DNA of 64,000 nucleotides from Octopus vulgaris (taxonomy: Eukaryota): NCBI GenBank assembly GCA_951406725.2, contig OX597826.1, positions 26,660,001-26,724,000 of the forward strand, in the 5' to 3' direction. The notes beneath the pieces are model-generated. The model had not been told where the DNA came from and searched no databases. It saw nothing but the letters and a program-made list of their open reading frames with translations. The translations under genes and the position numbers were made by a program. Within the stretch, counting starts at the first letter, position 1; each line of letters starts with the position of its first letter. Shown here in pieces: positions 38,340 to 52,756 of the stretch.

Positions 38340-38770
38340 GACTTAATGAATTCAGCCAGAGGCTAAGGCCTAGCTGGGACAAAGCCTTTCATTGTGATTA
38401 GGTTTCTCTTCTGTATCATTTCTCATTTCGAGTTCGAGCGACCTGCTCATATTTACGTCTCTCTGCCGCAATGTGGGTTCATTTGGTATCTCAGATAAAA
38501 TGTGTCCAGATGTCTTTTGAAGACACCCACATCTACACCTTGCAAATCTCTGAGGTTGTTTGGTAGTATGTTGAATAATTGAACAAACCCTTAAAGCCTA
38601 ATCTGTTACAGTACTGGTGCTCCTTCTAGATTCAAAAGACGGGAGGCTTGGTAATATGCAGTGCCGCCCTGATCTGTGGTTGATATAGCTCTCAATTCCA
38701 AAGCTAAGATCTAGTCCTTCGAAAAATCTTCCATTTTTATATTATTGCTTCTCTCTAGGGACGAGTAGCA
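38340..38770 (-). pseudogene. CR1/L2-type LINE 3' fragment (ORF2 C-terminus plus tail)
   Basis: Minus-strand peptide ..KIFEGLDLSFGIESYINHRSGRHCILP..YCNRLGFKG..LFNILPNNLRDLQGVDVGVFKRHLD; homologous to 47290 and 49922. Confidence 0.75.
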
Positions 38771-39323
38771 CATCTCCGCAAATTTTTCGGATGCCGCCGA
38801 TATACGAGGTTCTCAGACTTATTGTTAAAGGCACAAAACTGAGTATTAGTATAGTATTAGTCTGTCCTGTGTGTATGTTTTGTAGTGTTTAATGCATTAT
38901 ATATGCTTCTGTGGTTGCTGCTCGGGAATTTTGCTCACATTGTTTAGCGTGTAATGTTGGAGGAGCTGGTTAGGTTTCTGTATACCGGTCTTTGCAAACT
39001 TAGCTAATATTTCATGCCTTTTTCTATCAGTTTGTCATAACTTAGTGCCACTTTCAAACAGCTGGTCACCTTGAAGTTGTCCTCCTAACTCAGTATACAT
39101 CAATCTCCATGCTCTCTCTCTCTCTCTCACTTTCTTTCTCACTCTCTCTCACCTCTCAGGTTCTGTAGTTGTACTTCCCACATATATACACACGTATATA
39201 CACATATATTTATGTAGTTTTACCTACCGAACTAATTACATACATAAATATATACATACGTGCACATTAATTTACACATGGCTTGAATCAAACCTTGGTC
39301 GAAACATATCTAAGTTTATCTAC

Positions 39324-39354
<31 letters not shown>

Positions 39355-39768
39355 GCTATATTAAATCTCTGAGCGAGAAGTAAACAGCAGCAACATAGAA
39401 TCGTGAAGTAAGTTTGCCAACTAGATGTGATGGTCCCATAGAGGATGATGCTACTGTTCTTTTCCAAGCGCAAAATATTATATGCTTTTCCAGTGACAGA
39501 ATGTCGCTGATCTCGGAAAAGGAGAAACAAGCAATATTAAATCTCATTGCTAGCTGGTGATTATCACAGGCTGATGAGAACTTAATACACAGAAAGCCGG
39601 GTTTGTGTGTATCACGTGAGGCTAGAGATGGGGACAATGATTTCCCTTCACAAATACTAATCAGACACAGTGTGTCGTGAACCAGCTACAGGAGATGTCT
39701 TACTGGGGCTATAAACAACAGTAGCATCTTCCTCTATGGGATCGCTACATTTAGTTGTCAAATATACT

Positions 39769-39772
<4 letters not shown>
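39355..39772. mobile_element. TA-flanked element with 56-bp inverted repeats and a decayed hammerhead-like motif
   Basis: 39403-39458 is the inverse of 39717-39772; CTGATGAG at 39571 and GAAA at 39592 with poor stems. Confidence 0.55.
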
Positions 39773-39806
<34 letters not shown>

Positions 39807-40312
39807 TATGTGTGTGTGTGTGTGCGCGCGTGCGCGTGTGTGCGCGAATATATATATATTATATACATCCATACATATATGCATGCATACATACGCAAAT
39901 TAATTCAATTCTATAAATCTCTTCCATTTCTCTAATTTTCTTCTTGTCTGTATGCTTGTCTCTTCAACATTCTCAGTCTCTCTCTCTCACTCTCTCACTC
40001 TCTCTTTATTCACTCTCACCTTAAAATATATTTATCTCCATTGATCTATTTACCTACATAATCATATATGTTTGTCTCTTTATATATTTATTTGTTGTTA
40101 AATTACCTATATTATATGTATACATATATATATATATATATATGTATACATATATATATACATACATATACATAAATATATGAATATATATATATATATA
40201 TATATATAGAAACATACAGGCGTGTGCACACATGTTTGTAGACGTGCCTTTGGATGTCGCATTATGTATATGTTACGCATGTACAAAAGATATATATGAA
40301 TACACACACATA

Positions 40313-40384
<72 letters not shown>

Positions 40385-41264
40385 CACATATATACATATA
40401 TGTATGTATATCATTATCGATCACCTCTTTGTTGTAATAATTTCTGTCCGATGGAACAATTGTTAATCTATCACATTAACACAGTCTCTTTCCCTCCTTG
40501 TTTCTTCTCACGTCTGTCTTTCCTTCGTCTTGTCTTACTCTTTTTCTCTCTACGTATTTGTTTCTCATAATTTCTCTCTCTCTCTCTCTCTCTCTCTCTA
40601 TTTCTATCTCTCTCTCCCTAACCCCTAAACGCCTCCATCCGTCTCTTACATAGTCTGTTTTATTATCTCTCAAATCCCCATTTTCTTCTCCATCTTTCTT
40701 CCGACCTCTCTCAAGCTACTCCCATTGCTACTCCGATATTAAAAATATCTCTCCCCTTCACTCTATATATGTCCCTATAACAAATAGAATAAAACTCTGT
40801 CTTATCCTCTACTCTGTCTTTCTCTTTCCTCACATAAAATCTTCCAACCCTTAAGCGTTTCACTCCACCCTTCCCTAACCAAAGCTCCTTGTTTTTCCCA
40901 GTGTTTTATTACCAAACAATTCATTCTAAATCTTGCCAATAACATATTATTGTTATTACTTCTGCTGTCGTCTCAAGTTGAAATCGTTAAATCACTATCT
41001 CGATCCCGACTTAAATATAAAACCTTACAGTGCCAAAATTTCCTATCTTGCATTAACCTTTTTCTCACCTCCTGAGATATATATTGTGTATGTGTTTGTG
41101 TGTGTGTATATAAGAATGTATATGTATGCGTTTTTATGCATATATGTATTTATGTATGTGTGTACGATTATAAATGCATATAACATATATGTGTGTACAA
41201 AGGTGTTTTACAGGGTATATAAATGTTCACTCACACACACACATATATATACATACACATATAT

Positions 41265-41315
<51 letters not shown>

Positions 41316-41730
41316 TATGTGTATATATATATATATATATGTAAATATATATATAGGTATATATATAATATATATATATATAGGTGTATATATATATACA
41401 TGCAAAAATGTATGTGTATTAATGCATGGAGACATTGAACATGTGTGCACATATATACAAGGACACGCACAAAAGTATACTTATCTTTGTATGCATATAT
41501 GTATACATATAATTTTGCTATGCACAATATACGTATGTTAGGTTTTCATATACACAATTATGCGCCTGTGTCACTGTGTGTGCGTGTGCATGTATGTGAG
41601 TGTGTGTGTATGTGTGCATTAGATATTCTCTATGTATGTAAAGAAAGTATATTTATGTATCAATGTATGTCACTATAAAATTATTCCAATTCTGCACGTC
41701 TTGTATACACTTATACGAATTGCATATATG

Positions 41731-41774
<44 letters not shown>

Positions 41775-41810
41775 ATTATTTATACAAACACACACACACA
41801 TTATTATGTG

Positions 41811-41851
<41 letters not shown>

Positions 41852-42263
41852 ATCGATCTCTCGATCGTTTCCAAAGTCGGGCTTTCTCCGCCATGTTCCA
41901 TTCCCACATCAGTTATTTTTCACACACATTCATGGACGACACTACTTTTTATTTCTCTACATAATTTTTCCTTTTTATTCTCATTCCCTCTCTTTCTACT
42001 GCTCCACCCTAATTTCTTATAGACCTTAATTTTAATGCCTCATAATTCTCTTTCTGTAGACATTTATATTGAATTAAGATTCTCTTGTTCACAGATGAAG
42101 TACGTATACACACACGCGGACGCACGCACATACACACACAAGCAAACACATGCAACCACACACACATGCTGACATATACTAAATAACAAAATGTCACAAT
42201 CATATATATATATATATATATATCATGTAAAAACATATACACATATGTATGCATGTGTGTGTA

Positions 42264-42336
<73 letters not shown>

Positions 42337-42608
42337 ATTTATATTCGTGTGTGTATGAGTATATATATATATGTATACACACACACACGCCCATTCAGAC
42401 TCACACACACATAAATTGTTCATATATGTGTAGACTGATCATTTGTGTATTGATGCATCATGCATCTCGTAAATGCACGTACATACAGATACATACATAT
42501 ATATATGCACATATATATGCATATATATATATATACATATATACTTATATAAATACGTATATAAATACATACATATATATATATATACTTATATAAATAC
42601 GTATATAA

Positions 42609-42651
<43 letters not shown>

Positions 42652-42654
<3 letters not shown>

Positions 42655-43208
42655 TGGCTGCCTCGTCGTTATCGAGTATGGCCATTGACCAAGCTTAATC
42701 AATGTTGTTATCGTGCAATGCCTGTGCAAGAATATATTTTTTAAATGATGAAAGGATGTGCACTAAGTCAAGCCCACTCACTAAGCAACATCAGCCATAA
42801 TCCGAAAAGAAGAACAAGTCAACATCATCGGTAAACACTGAGCCGCAGGTTTTATATCGGAGTTATCCTAGTTACCTGAGTTACCTTCTCCTAGAAGGAT
42901 TCCCTAACAAAGACTAGGAGTCCTTCACTCCCAATGGTTTAACCGCGCGATCGGGTATTCTGTTTGATTATTTCTATGACTCCTCGCATGATACAGCCTT
43001 AAGACATTTATTGGATGGTCGTTGACTCTCAAGAGTTCCTCCGCCCTTTGACGGGTTTTTGTTTTCCATCCCGCAGGGTGTCCAATAAACACCCTCCTCA
43101 CCAAGCAAGCTTGGTGGGGTTGCCAGTTTAGCCGACCCGACCATGCAACAGGTTATACTAGGTTACATGTTACCAGTGGCACTCGAAAGTGACCTGACAT
43201 GATTGATT
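42652..43208. mobile_element. GC-richer interspersed segment between TA tracts, possibly a retroelement UTR
   Basis: Sharp composition change; hairpins gggtgtccaataaacaccc and caccaagcaagcttggtg; single copy in this window. Confidence 0.35.
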
Positions 43209-43255
43209 AATATACATGCACACGTACATACATACGTACACGCATATATACATAC

Positions 43256-43306
<51 letters not shown>

Positions 43307-43492
43307 TATATGTATATATACACATACCCAAATACACATATATCCATGTACATATGTATCTGTACCTATTTATAGATATACATTTATATGGGGAATTTTC
43401 TCCCTGCTTCGTATATATTGAGTGCATAACCAAGTGGAGATGTCCTCCCGGAGTTAAAATAAAAGTGTGTGTGTATGTGTGAGTATGCATAA

Positions 43493-43632
43493 AAGCTGTG
43501 TGGTAAGAAGTTTACTTTCAAATGACATCCTTCCAGGTTGTTCCTCACTGCGTGACATCTCTTGTAGCCCCTGGCCAATGAAAGACTCCTGAAAGTATTT
43601 GGTGCATGGAAACTGAAAGAAGCTTGTCATAT
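43493..43632 (+). mobile_element. SINE family A, 5' half (old)
   Basis: gctgtgtggtaagaagttt...ttggtgcatggaaactgaaagaagc. Confidence 0.7.
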
Positions 43633-43926
43633 ACATATTTTATGTGCAAAGCATTTCTTACGCAAAACCAGAAATCCGGGATCTAGAATTATCCAGTAAT
43701 TTTTTGCTAGTATATTTTGTGTCTTTGTTTTTTCTCCTGGTGCTGTAGGAATATTTGATGTGGTTTTAGAGTCAGGTTTTGACTGCTCTTTCCAATGTGT
43801 TGGTATCTCTTAGATATCCTAAATTATAATTTCAATAATAATTATTACATTTGAATTTTTTATTCCCATGCTGGCCACTTGGTAAGATCGATATTTAAAT
43901 TAATGATCTTATCCTTATTTATAGAA

Positions 43927-43987
<61 letters not shown>

Positions 43988-44184
43988 CAGAGAGACAGAG
44001 AGATACATACATACATCAATAGATAAATATATACATGCATATACACACACGTGCACACACACATATACATATACCTGAAGCAATGGAATAACTTAAGTGC
44101 TGTATGTTTTGTGCGTTGGTACTCATCAAACTAATAAAAAGTTCTATTTCACTTGTTTTCGTAACCATGTATATATATCCTTTA

Positions 44185-44333
44185 TAACTTCTACTTATTT
44201 TAGTTATTAGGCTGCGGCCAAGCTGGGACACCACCTTGAAGAAAATTTCGCCGAAGTAAATGTCTCCGAGTACATAATTTGTAAAAACTGGTACTTATTC
44301 TATCGGCCTCTTTTGTCCATCCACTAAAATGCA

Positions 44334-44336
<3 letters not shown>
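44185..44336 (-). mobile_element. SINE family A, 3' half
   Basis: ggctgcggccaagctgggacaccacctt...ggtacttattctatcggcctcttttg. Confidence 0.7.
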
Positions 44337-44364
<28 letters not shown>

Positions 44365-44386
44365 CATATTCATGTGGTAGGTACGT

Positions 44387-44432
44387 AAACTAATCTGAAG
44401 AAACATATATATTGAAACATATGTATTTATTT
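44387..44432 (+). ncRNA. Type-I hammerhead motif with weak stems
   Basis: aaactaat-CTGAAGA-aacatatatatt-GAAA-catat-GTA-tttattt; intact core and palindromic ACATATGT; mismatched stem I. Confidence 0.5.
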
Positions 44433-44554
44433 GTGTAAATAGGTGACTCGATTATTTCTACTACTATTGTGATAGGTCACTTACCTATTACATTTTAGAG
44501 CTGTTGTTGTTTCCGCAACTATTTTGTCTACGATTGCATTCATAATCTCCATCT

Positions 44555-44712
44555 TTGATATGTGTTCTGTTTATGAATTTCGCTTCTTTCTTTGCAATAG
44601 TTTTTTTAGTATTTTTTTTTTTTTTGTTTTGATCTCTTTCGTTTGAGTGTCCTTATTTATGTTTCTGATTTTATTTTGGATGTATCAATGTTTCGAGAGA
44701 TATAAAATAATC

Positions 44713-44743
<31 letters not shown>

Positions 44744-44746
44744 GAC

Positions 44747-44780
<34 letters not shown>

Positions 44781-44788
44781 ACTCTCTC

Positions 44789-44823
<35 letters not shown>

Positions 44824-45857
44824 ATCTATCTATCCATCTAACTAACTGCCCAGCCGCCTGCCTGTCTGTATGTCCTTTTGTCTACCTATCTATCTATCCT
44901 TCTCTCTCTGTCTATTTCCTCTCTGTCTCTTACTCGCTATCAATCTATCTATCTATCTATCTATCTCTCTATTTATCTCTCTATCTATAAATTTGTCTAT
45001 ATATAGATATATAAAGATAAAGCTATGCATGTATATTTCTCGTAATATATATTTATGTATGCATATACAGGTATATCTACATATATACATATACATGTGT
45101 CTATATATATATATACATATATATACATATATATATATGTATACTTTTATACATATATATATATGTATATATATACGTATGCATACATATATTGTTTACG
45201 TATTTACGCGTGTGTGTGTACGTCTTGTACAAAATATAAACGAAATGTCTTCTACATCAATGATAACCTACCTTCGAGTGGTTAAAACATTATGAGACAC
45301 TATATAGATTCATTCAAACCGCTTCTACTCAAGTCCCATCGAGCTGATATGTCCAATATCCATATGCCTGATGCAGCTTTCATATTGTTTGATTGATTTT
45401 CGTGTTATTGCAGTAGTTGATATTATTTTCGAACTGAAATCAATGAAAGAGTTATTGAGATACTAGAGTGCTTTGAAATAATTGTCGCTATTGTTGATTT
45501 TGTTGTTGCTATCGTCATCGTGACTATTGTTTTATGATGTTGGCGTGGTTTCGTCTAGAATTTTATTTGTGATGCACTTAAAGTTTTTGGCAAAATATTT
45601 TAGCTGTCTCTGAATATGCTTCTTCATGAGCGAGCATACATGCACATACATATATATTTATTGGTAAGGCATGAAAAGTCCGAAATCATGTGACCTGTTC
45701 GTCCAGTCTGTGATGGCGGCTGATTATCTCCCGCCAGCGATATAAACACTAGTGGTTATGTACATCACATATCTGTACGAAAGGTTTTGTCATTGTAGAT
45801 ATCGCACTGTTCCGTGTTCCAACGCAACATCCACTTATACGTGTGGATAAATATCAC

Positions 45858-45894
<37 letters not shown>

Positions 45895-46144
45895 AATATG
45901 ATATGAGAGAATATTATTCCAAACTTACAGGGGAAAATTCAATTTAGAAATACTAAATCAAATTTCACAAATATAATATATTTATAAATAAATTAGAAAA
46001 AAGTACTTTTTATCAATTCAATTATGAAAAACTAAATTATACCATTTAGAAAAATTACATATTATAGAAAGATTAAATATAAGATAAAACATATAACGAT
46101 GATTAAATAATGTGCAAAATAATAAATAAAACGTATATATTTGG

Positions 46145-46177
<33 letters not shown>

Positions 46178-46350
46178 TTATTGTTCTTTAATTGATTATT
46201 TTATATCTCTTGAAACATTGATACATCCAAAATAAAATCAGAAACATAAATAAGGACACTCAAACGAAAGAGATCAAAACAAAAAAAAAAAAATACTAAA
46301 AAAACTATTGCAAAGAAAGAAGCGAAATTCATAAACAGAACACATATCAA
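44555..46350. repeat. Near-identical ~157-bp inverted duplication (44555-44712 / 46194-46350)
   Basis: By eye the copies differ by one substitution and poly-T length. Confidence 0.92.
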
Positions 46351-47078
46351 CAAAACGAAGTTCTCCATCAAGTCAAAGATAAATGTCATTTAATATATAT
46401 ACACTTTGTAAATGCGAGGTACTGTTAGTTTCATGCTGTGGAAACACTAGAAATGGCAAGCTTATTTATAGAGCCTTGTGTTTCCCAGCAATCTTTCAGA
46501 CTCAAATATACAACATGGAATGTCTTCTATGACAGAACGAGAACGGATCCTGGCTTTTGAAAAAAAGAAAAAAAATCCAACAAGAAAGGGCGCTGGTCTA
46601 TGAGAAAACACGAGATAAGACGTGAGTAAGATAAATCTAATAAGTGTAATGAGAAAGTTCAAAATGCGGAATGGGAAAAGAGGAAAAGAAGAACAGAAAG
46701 AAAAATATATCAAGTTTTGCGTCGTTTTGTTCCGTGAAATCAGAATCCAGCATCCAAAGTAAGTCTCCTTTGAATGAACAAAAGAAGCAACTACTATTTT
46801 TCCTTTTGCTTTCGATTTTTTATTGTATTCAACGAACAGCAGCCTTTTCTCAAGAAAAGACCGGCCAAGGGTTGTATATTTCAATATGAAAGATTGCTAT
46901 GAAATACTGGGCATGATATATAATCTTGCCAGTTGCATGTGTTTTCACAGTATGAAATTACTATTAGCTCGGACTTATATACTGTGTATATGAAATCGTA
47001 GTACACACACATATACATACAAACAGACAAGACTTAAAATAATGATCATTACATACAATCCCTTTATTATTGCAGATT

Positions 47079-47192
47079 TGGCTTACAGCTGTTTCTATTC
47101 ATCATTATAGATAGGTTTACGCAATTAGTCTCTTGAACAATTGAGCTAAATTAAAAGACCTAAGAAAATTTATGATACCTTCGTCAGAGCCA
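47079..47192 (-). ncRNA. Type-I hammerhead motif with long stem II
   Basis: tggct-CTGACGA-aggtatcat...atgatgaata-GAAA-cagct-GTA-agcca; 5-bp stem I; palindromic ACAGCTGT. Confidence 0.7.
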
Positions 47193-47289
47193 TTGCTGGA
47201 ACCAACAAACAGAGCACTTGTTCTATATATAAATATGTATATATGTATACATGTATAGAGATGTGTAATATATATCTAACTAGGAATAT

Positions 47290-48140
47290 GTACTTGAAAT
47301 ATATGGAAGATTCAAAGTACTGCGTTACCAACACACGAAACTGAATGAAATGCAGACAGAATACTCTGGCTCAGAATGGATTGTAATCGCTGAATCGAAA
47401 TCAGTGCTGACCTGGGCATTGATATGCGTAATAGTGTATGCTTCCATTTGCGCTTAAGTAAGGTGGCAATAGCAAGCACGCGGATAGCCAAATAGATCCT
47501 TAGAATAGTAAGAAAGAGAAAAGTACAAAACTACAAACCATGAACGTCGTCTGGAGGATATTTTTCATCAACCAGTTAGACTACTGCTGCCGAATATGGC
47601 CACCATGCAGTGTAAAATTAACGGTGAAGCTCGAAGCAATCCAGCGAAGCTACACACAGATCAATGTGACATGTCAGCTACTGGAAAAGGCTGAATAGTT
47701 AAGACGCTCCTTCCTAGAACGAAGGCGACAAAAATATGCAGTGATATGCATCTGGAAAATCCTGGTAGAACCAGCCATTGGCACTGAAATACTGAAGCAG
47801 CAGTCTTGGGTACCAGTGCGTGGTGGCAAACATCTCAACATTACCATCAGAATGCAGGATCAGATGCTGCAACAGCTTGGGTTAGAAGGTCACGCAGCTC
47901 AACAGTATCCTAAAAAAATAAAAAAAACTTGAGTCTTACACATGGTAGATGTTCGTGTCTTCAAAACAAAACTCGATTCCTGTCAAGAGTTCTCAATGAA
48001 CCTATCGTGCTGCAGGAAATGCAGTTGAGGGCAGCAACCTCAAACACATTGAAGAGGAGGCTGCATATAGGGAAAGTATAACTAAGATTGCGGCGGCGCC
48101 CCATCATTGCCGCAGCTCACGAGTTGAGAGAATTAACAGA
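47290..48140 (+). pseudogene. CR1/L2-type LINE 3' fragment (post-RT region plus tail)
   Basis: Disrupted peptide DLGIDM...LDYCCRIWPPCSVKLTVKLEAIQRSYT...LERRRQKYAVICIWKIL; tail gcggcggcgccccatcattgccgcagctc. Confidence 0.8.
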
Positions 48141-48519
48141 ATGATGTGTGTGTGTGCGTGTGTATGTGTACATACTCACATGCACACACACACGAAGAGA
48201 GTTGCAGAGGGAACGAGTACGAGAAAGGTAGGGTTGAGACAGGAGTGATCATCTAGTTGTAGGTAATTCTAATAATGATTTTTACAAATTCAGTGAAATT
48301 CCATTTTATCAATTCATTAAATTCTTATCATATAAATATTTGATAAACCTTCCAGTGGCAAAATACTTAATGCAAATCCCATCATCAAACGCGCGAATTT
48401 TTGCTCATACGTATCTTCTTGATTTATTAAATAACATCACGATTTAACAAATGACCGTTCTGATAGTTCGTATATTGGTGCAGTTCTGCATTTATGCATA
48501 AGCACGGTGGTGTGGATAG

Positions 48520-48680
48520 AAGCATGTATGACTGCGTGGTAAATAATATTACCTTGCAACTATGTGGATTCGAGTTCAATACCACCGCGCAGCATCTTGG
48601 GCTGTCGTCAACCAATGCGTTGTCTACTGGTGGGCTCGTGAGTGATTGACGGAAACTATGCGGAAGCGCGTCGTATCCGT
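48520..48680 (+). mobile_element. SINE family A, very old 5' half
   Basis: tgactgcgtggtaa...gagttcaataccaccgcgcagcatcttggg...gacggaaactatgcggaagc. Confidence 0.6.
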
Positions 48681-48713
48681 GTATGTGTATGTATGTATGT
48701 ATGTATGTATGTA

Positions 48714-48784
<71 letters not shown>

Positions 48785-49878
48785 GTGCCTAGTTCAATTG
48801 TGACACTAGATATTTTAAAACGAATGTAGTCCAGTTGTGGCCTATTTTCTCCCAAAAGAATAACAACACAAAAATAATGTCGGCAAACAAATGTTGTGAG
48901 TTTACAATTAAAATGGTTTTACACAATTTCATTTTGTTATTCAGAATTTTAAATGCCAGGATATAATATAATTTGAACTTTTGATCAATTTATTGGCTAC
49001 AGAAATAATACATCTCCATATGCAAGTAGGAGTCGGACACTGAACAAATGCGTGCAGTATAGTTCCATCATGTAACGTTCATCTTAGACAGTGTCGCCTA
49101 GCGTGAGTCGTGCCTCCTTGTGGCCGTTTATCTTTTGCAATACCTTCAATTATATATATTTGCAAAAAAAAAAGTTCATTTTTGACAATATATATTGTAA
49201 AAAGATTGTAGCCTAGTTTTGTTGCATTTTCTCTCAGCATAATAATAGCGCTGTGCTCATACAAAATGCATTTATATTAATGGCAGCATTAATAGAAAGT
49301 GATTTCATAATGTATTATGAAGTATGTTTTACGCCATTTTGTTGTGACGTTTACATATTTTAATGACCATAACCTAAAATAACCGAGGAATTTCTCGTCA
49401 AATTATTAAATATATTGATTTATTAGGTAAGCAGAGCAAAGTTTCTTAGGATTATAAGTTATATGGATGAAATCTTTCGACGTGTGTGTATCCCTCAAGG
49501 CCTCGGAATCTTTAATAGAGTTCAAGTAAGTGCAACTGGGAATCACATTTTCTTCGTGGACAAGGTTCACTGGGTGTTTATGTTTCATGACCGGTTTCAT
49601 TCTCATTGATAGATGTGTTTCTTTATAGCTTGGTAGAAAAAATGTATTACAATTTTGATGGGACGAAGATAAAAGTATGTGCATTAAGTAATAACAATGA
49701 GAAAAGTGTGCTATTCACATTAAGATAGAGAGTAAAATGCTAAAAATTTATAAACGCACACAAACACACACACACACACACACACACGCACGCACGCACA
49801 CACACATACACGTATATGTATATAGATATATGCATATATATATATGTATATATGCATACATGATATTATACATACATA

Positions 49879-49921
<43 letters not shown>

Positions 49922-50362
49922 GCTTTTACTCTTTTATTCGTTTCAACCATGCGGCTGCGATCATGCTGGAGGACCACTGTGATCATTTTCAGTTCCTCAG
50001 TCTGGGACGTTTCACATCACCACTTCTGTATGCGTCTCTGTCCCGGCTGTTAGCCCATTTGGTACTTAAGGGAGTTCGGTTCCGCTGCCCTCTGCACCTC
50101 ATGTCGAGCTGTTGATTCGTCCGATATTGTGGAGATGAAGATGTCTAGGTCCTTTTTGAAGATATCTAATTCCACCTAATGCAGATTTACTAATGTTTGA
50201 GGCAGGGAATTGAAGAGCTGTGGGCCTTTGAATCCTAGACTAGTGCAGTACCTGGTCTAGAATTTAGATGGAGTGGATGGTACACTTGGTAGAATACAAC
50301 AGTGGCCAGTTGTACCATTTGTATAACAGTTAATGCCGAAATTAGGTACAAGCCCTTCTAGA
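49922..50362 (-). pseudogene. CR1/L2-type LINE 3' fragment
   Basis: Minus strand: LEGLVPNFGINCYTNGTTGHCCILP..TRYCTSLGFKGPQLFNSLPQTL..FKKDLDIF; tail ctccagcatgatcgcagcc..ttgaaacgaataaaagagtaaaag. Confidence 0.8.
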
Positions 50363-50539
50363 CTATTTCCATATGTAGATTATTGCATATCTCTCACGCC
50401 TTCTCTCCAGGGAGTACATACATTTTTATATATGATTGTATATAAGAAATCTATCTGTCTCTCTTTCTTTCCATCTGTTTCTCTGTCTCTCTTTCTCTTT
50501 CTATCTCTATCTCTCTGTATGTCTATCAGTCAATCTATC

Positions 50540-50718
<179 letters not shown>

Positions 50719-50848
50719 TTGTCTACCTGTTTCCAAATATATTTACATTTATATTAAACACATACACACACACATATATATATATGTCTAAACTCACATA
50801 CGTATATCATGCACATATATCTCTGTATCTGTATGTATGTGTGTGTAA

Positions 50849-50881
<33 letters not shown>

Positions 50882-50926
50882 CGTTTGTGTGTCTGCATAC
50901 ATACGTATACGTGAGTATACGAGTAC

Positions 50927-51025
<99 letters not shown>

Positions 51026-51395
51026 CAGTTTGTTTGCTTCATTGTTGGTATTTCTTCTGTTGCCGCTTGGGAGACGGCATAAGGTTTTTGGCATGTGGTG
51101 GTTCCGGATTTTCCCTTGGTAGAGACACAATTGCGCACGTTACCATCCATGACTTTATGAGTCTGTTTACTTTTGTTTTGTTGTATGTGTTAATCTCTAC
51201 CACTTTCCATCATATCTTCTCCATTACACCTACTTAGCTCCTGTTTTTATTGATATCAAGGATGAGATCAGAGTGATATTCGGCCCTTATGTGTTACAGT
51301 TTAAATCACTATCATTTATTCACATTAGATTTGATTGCTTTTGTGAATATACATACGTGTATATATATAAATATAAATATATATATATATATGTA

Positions 51396-51426
<31 letters not shown>

Positions 51427-52240
51427 CTTATATATATATATATATATGAATATATATATATATATATACATATGTACACATATATATGTATGCGTGTATG
51501 TATACATATGTAAATATATACATGAATGTTGCATGTATCTATAAACAAAATATTCACATATACATATATAAATACACATACACACACACATACACACACA
51601 TATATATATGGCAGATATACCTAGATATACGTGTATCCCTGTATGCTTTATCATGTATGTGTAGTGTATGTGTGTTATGGTGTGTGTGTGTGTGTGTATG
51701 TGTGTGTGTCTGTGTAAGTGTGTGTAGAATGCAGATAAATCACTTCGTATTCCTCATTTCTCTAAAAATTTTATTTTCGTTTTCTTTCAGTGTCATTCAA
51801 TTACATTGATTGGAATAAAAAAAAATAGTGTTCGAAAATACAATCGGAAAATATGGCTAGAAATAAAATTATCACTAAAAATACTCAGGATGATATTAGA
51901 CAGACAGAATGCCATTGAATCATAAACGTCAGTCATGTGTACATGTCGTAGCGAGATGGGGGCTAGTGTCTTCATTTATATATGAGGATGAGATATGTTT
52001 CGCCTCTGTAAACCCAAAAAGGGAGGTTATTGGCAAAAGAGGAGCTTATCGTTGTACAACTAGAGCACTATGCCTATCGCTAAACACAAAAGACAAACTT
52101 GCAATGCATAGTCATGACATACATACATACAAGCATAAATATTTATATAAATACACATGTATATGTATAGATAGATATACATATATATGAATACATATAT
52201 AAGTACGCACACATATATTGATGCATGTGTGTCTGTGTTC

Positions 52241-52279
<39 letters not shown>

Positions 52280-52422
52280 GGGGGGGTATTACTGAATAGC
52301 TAAGACATTCACTGTGCAGCCACGCACCTTCCGGTTCCGTCCAACGGCAAACCACCTCAAGCAAGTGGCTTCTAACTTTGCCCCAACAGTGAATTTGGTA
52401 AATGGAAACTGTGTGAACGCCA

Positions 52423-52491
<69 letters not shown>

Positions 52492-52745
52492 GTGAGTGTG
52501 TGTGTGTGTATACATAAGCGTTGTGTGTGTATGTACATGTGTGCGTGTCTGTGTGGGTTTTCGTATATGTGAGAATTACGACTGTCCTCACCACCAGTTG
52601 ACAAATGATTTGGGTTTTTATACATCCCTGTAAGTTGGTGGTTCTTGCTAATTAGTTCTGGTGGCGATTTCTTCGACTAAACTCTTCAAGACGGTTCTCG
52701 AACATGTCATCTTTCCGAGGACTGAAATGTGTAAAAGAAATAGAT
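52280..52745 (+). mobile_element. Old full-length SINE family A
   Basis: Degenerate head (..gaatttggtaaatggaaactg), internal microsatellite, then tail (..ttgacaa..ttcgactaaa..gactgaaatgtgtaaaaga). Confidence 0.6.
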
Positions 52746-52756
52746 GAAAATACATG

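Noticed and set aside
42652-43208. HDV-like ribozyme in a putative retroelement 5' UTR (also looked for at ~13280-13354)
   Set aside because: The nested P1/P1.1/P2/P3 pairings could not be assembled by eye on the minus strand examined.
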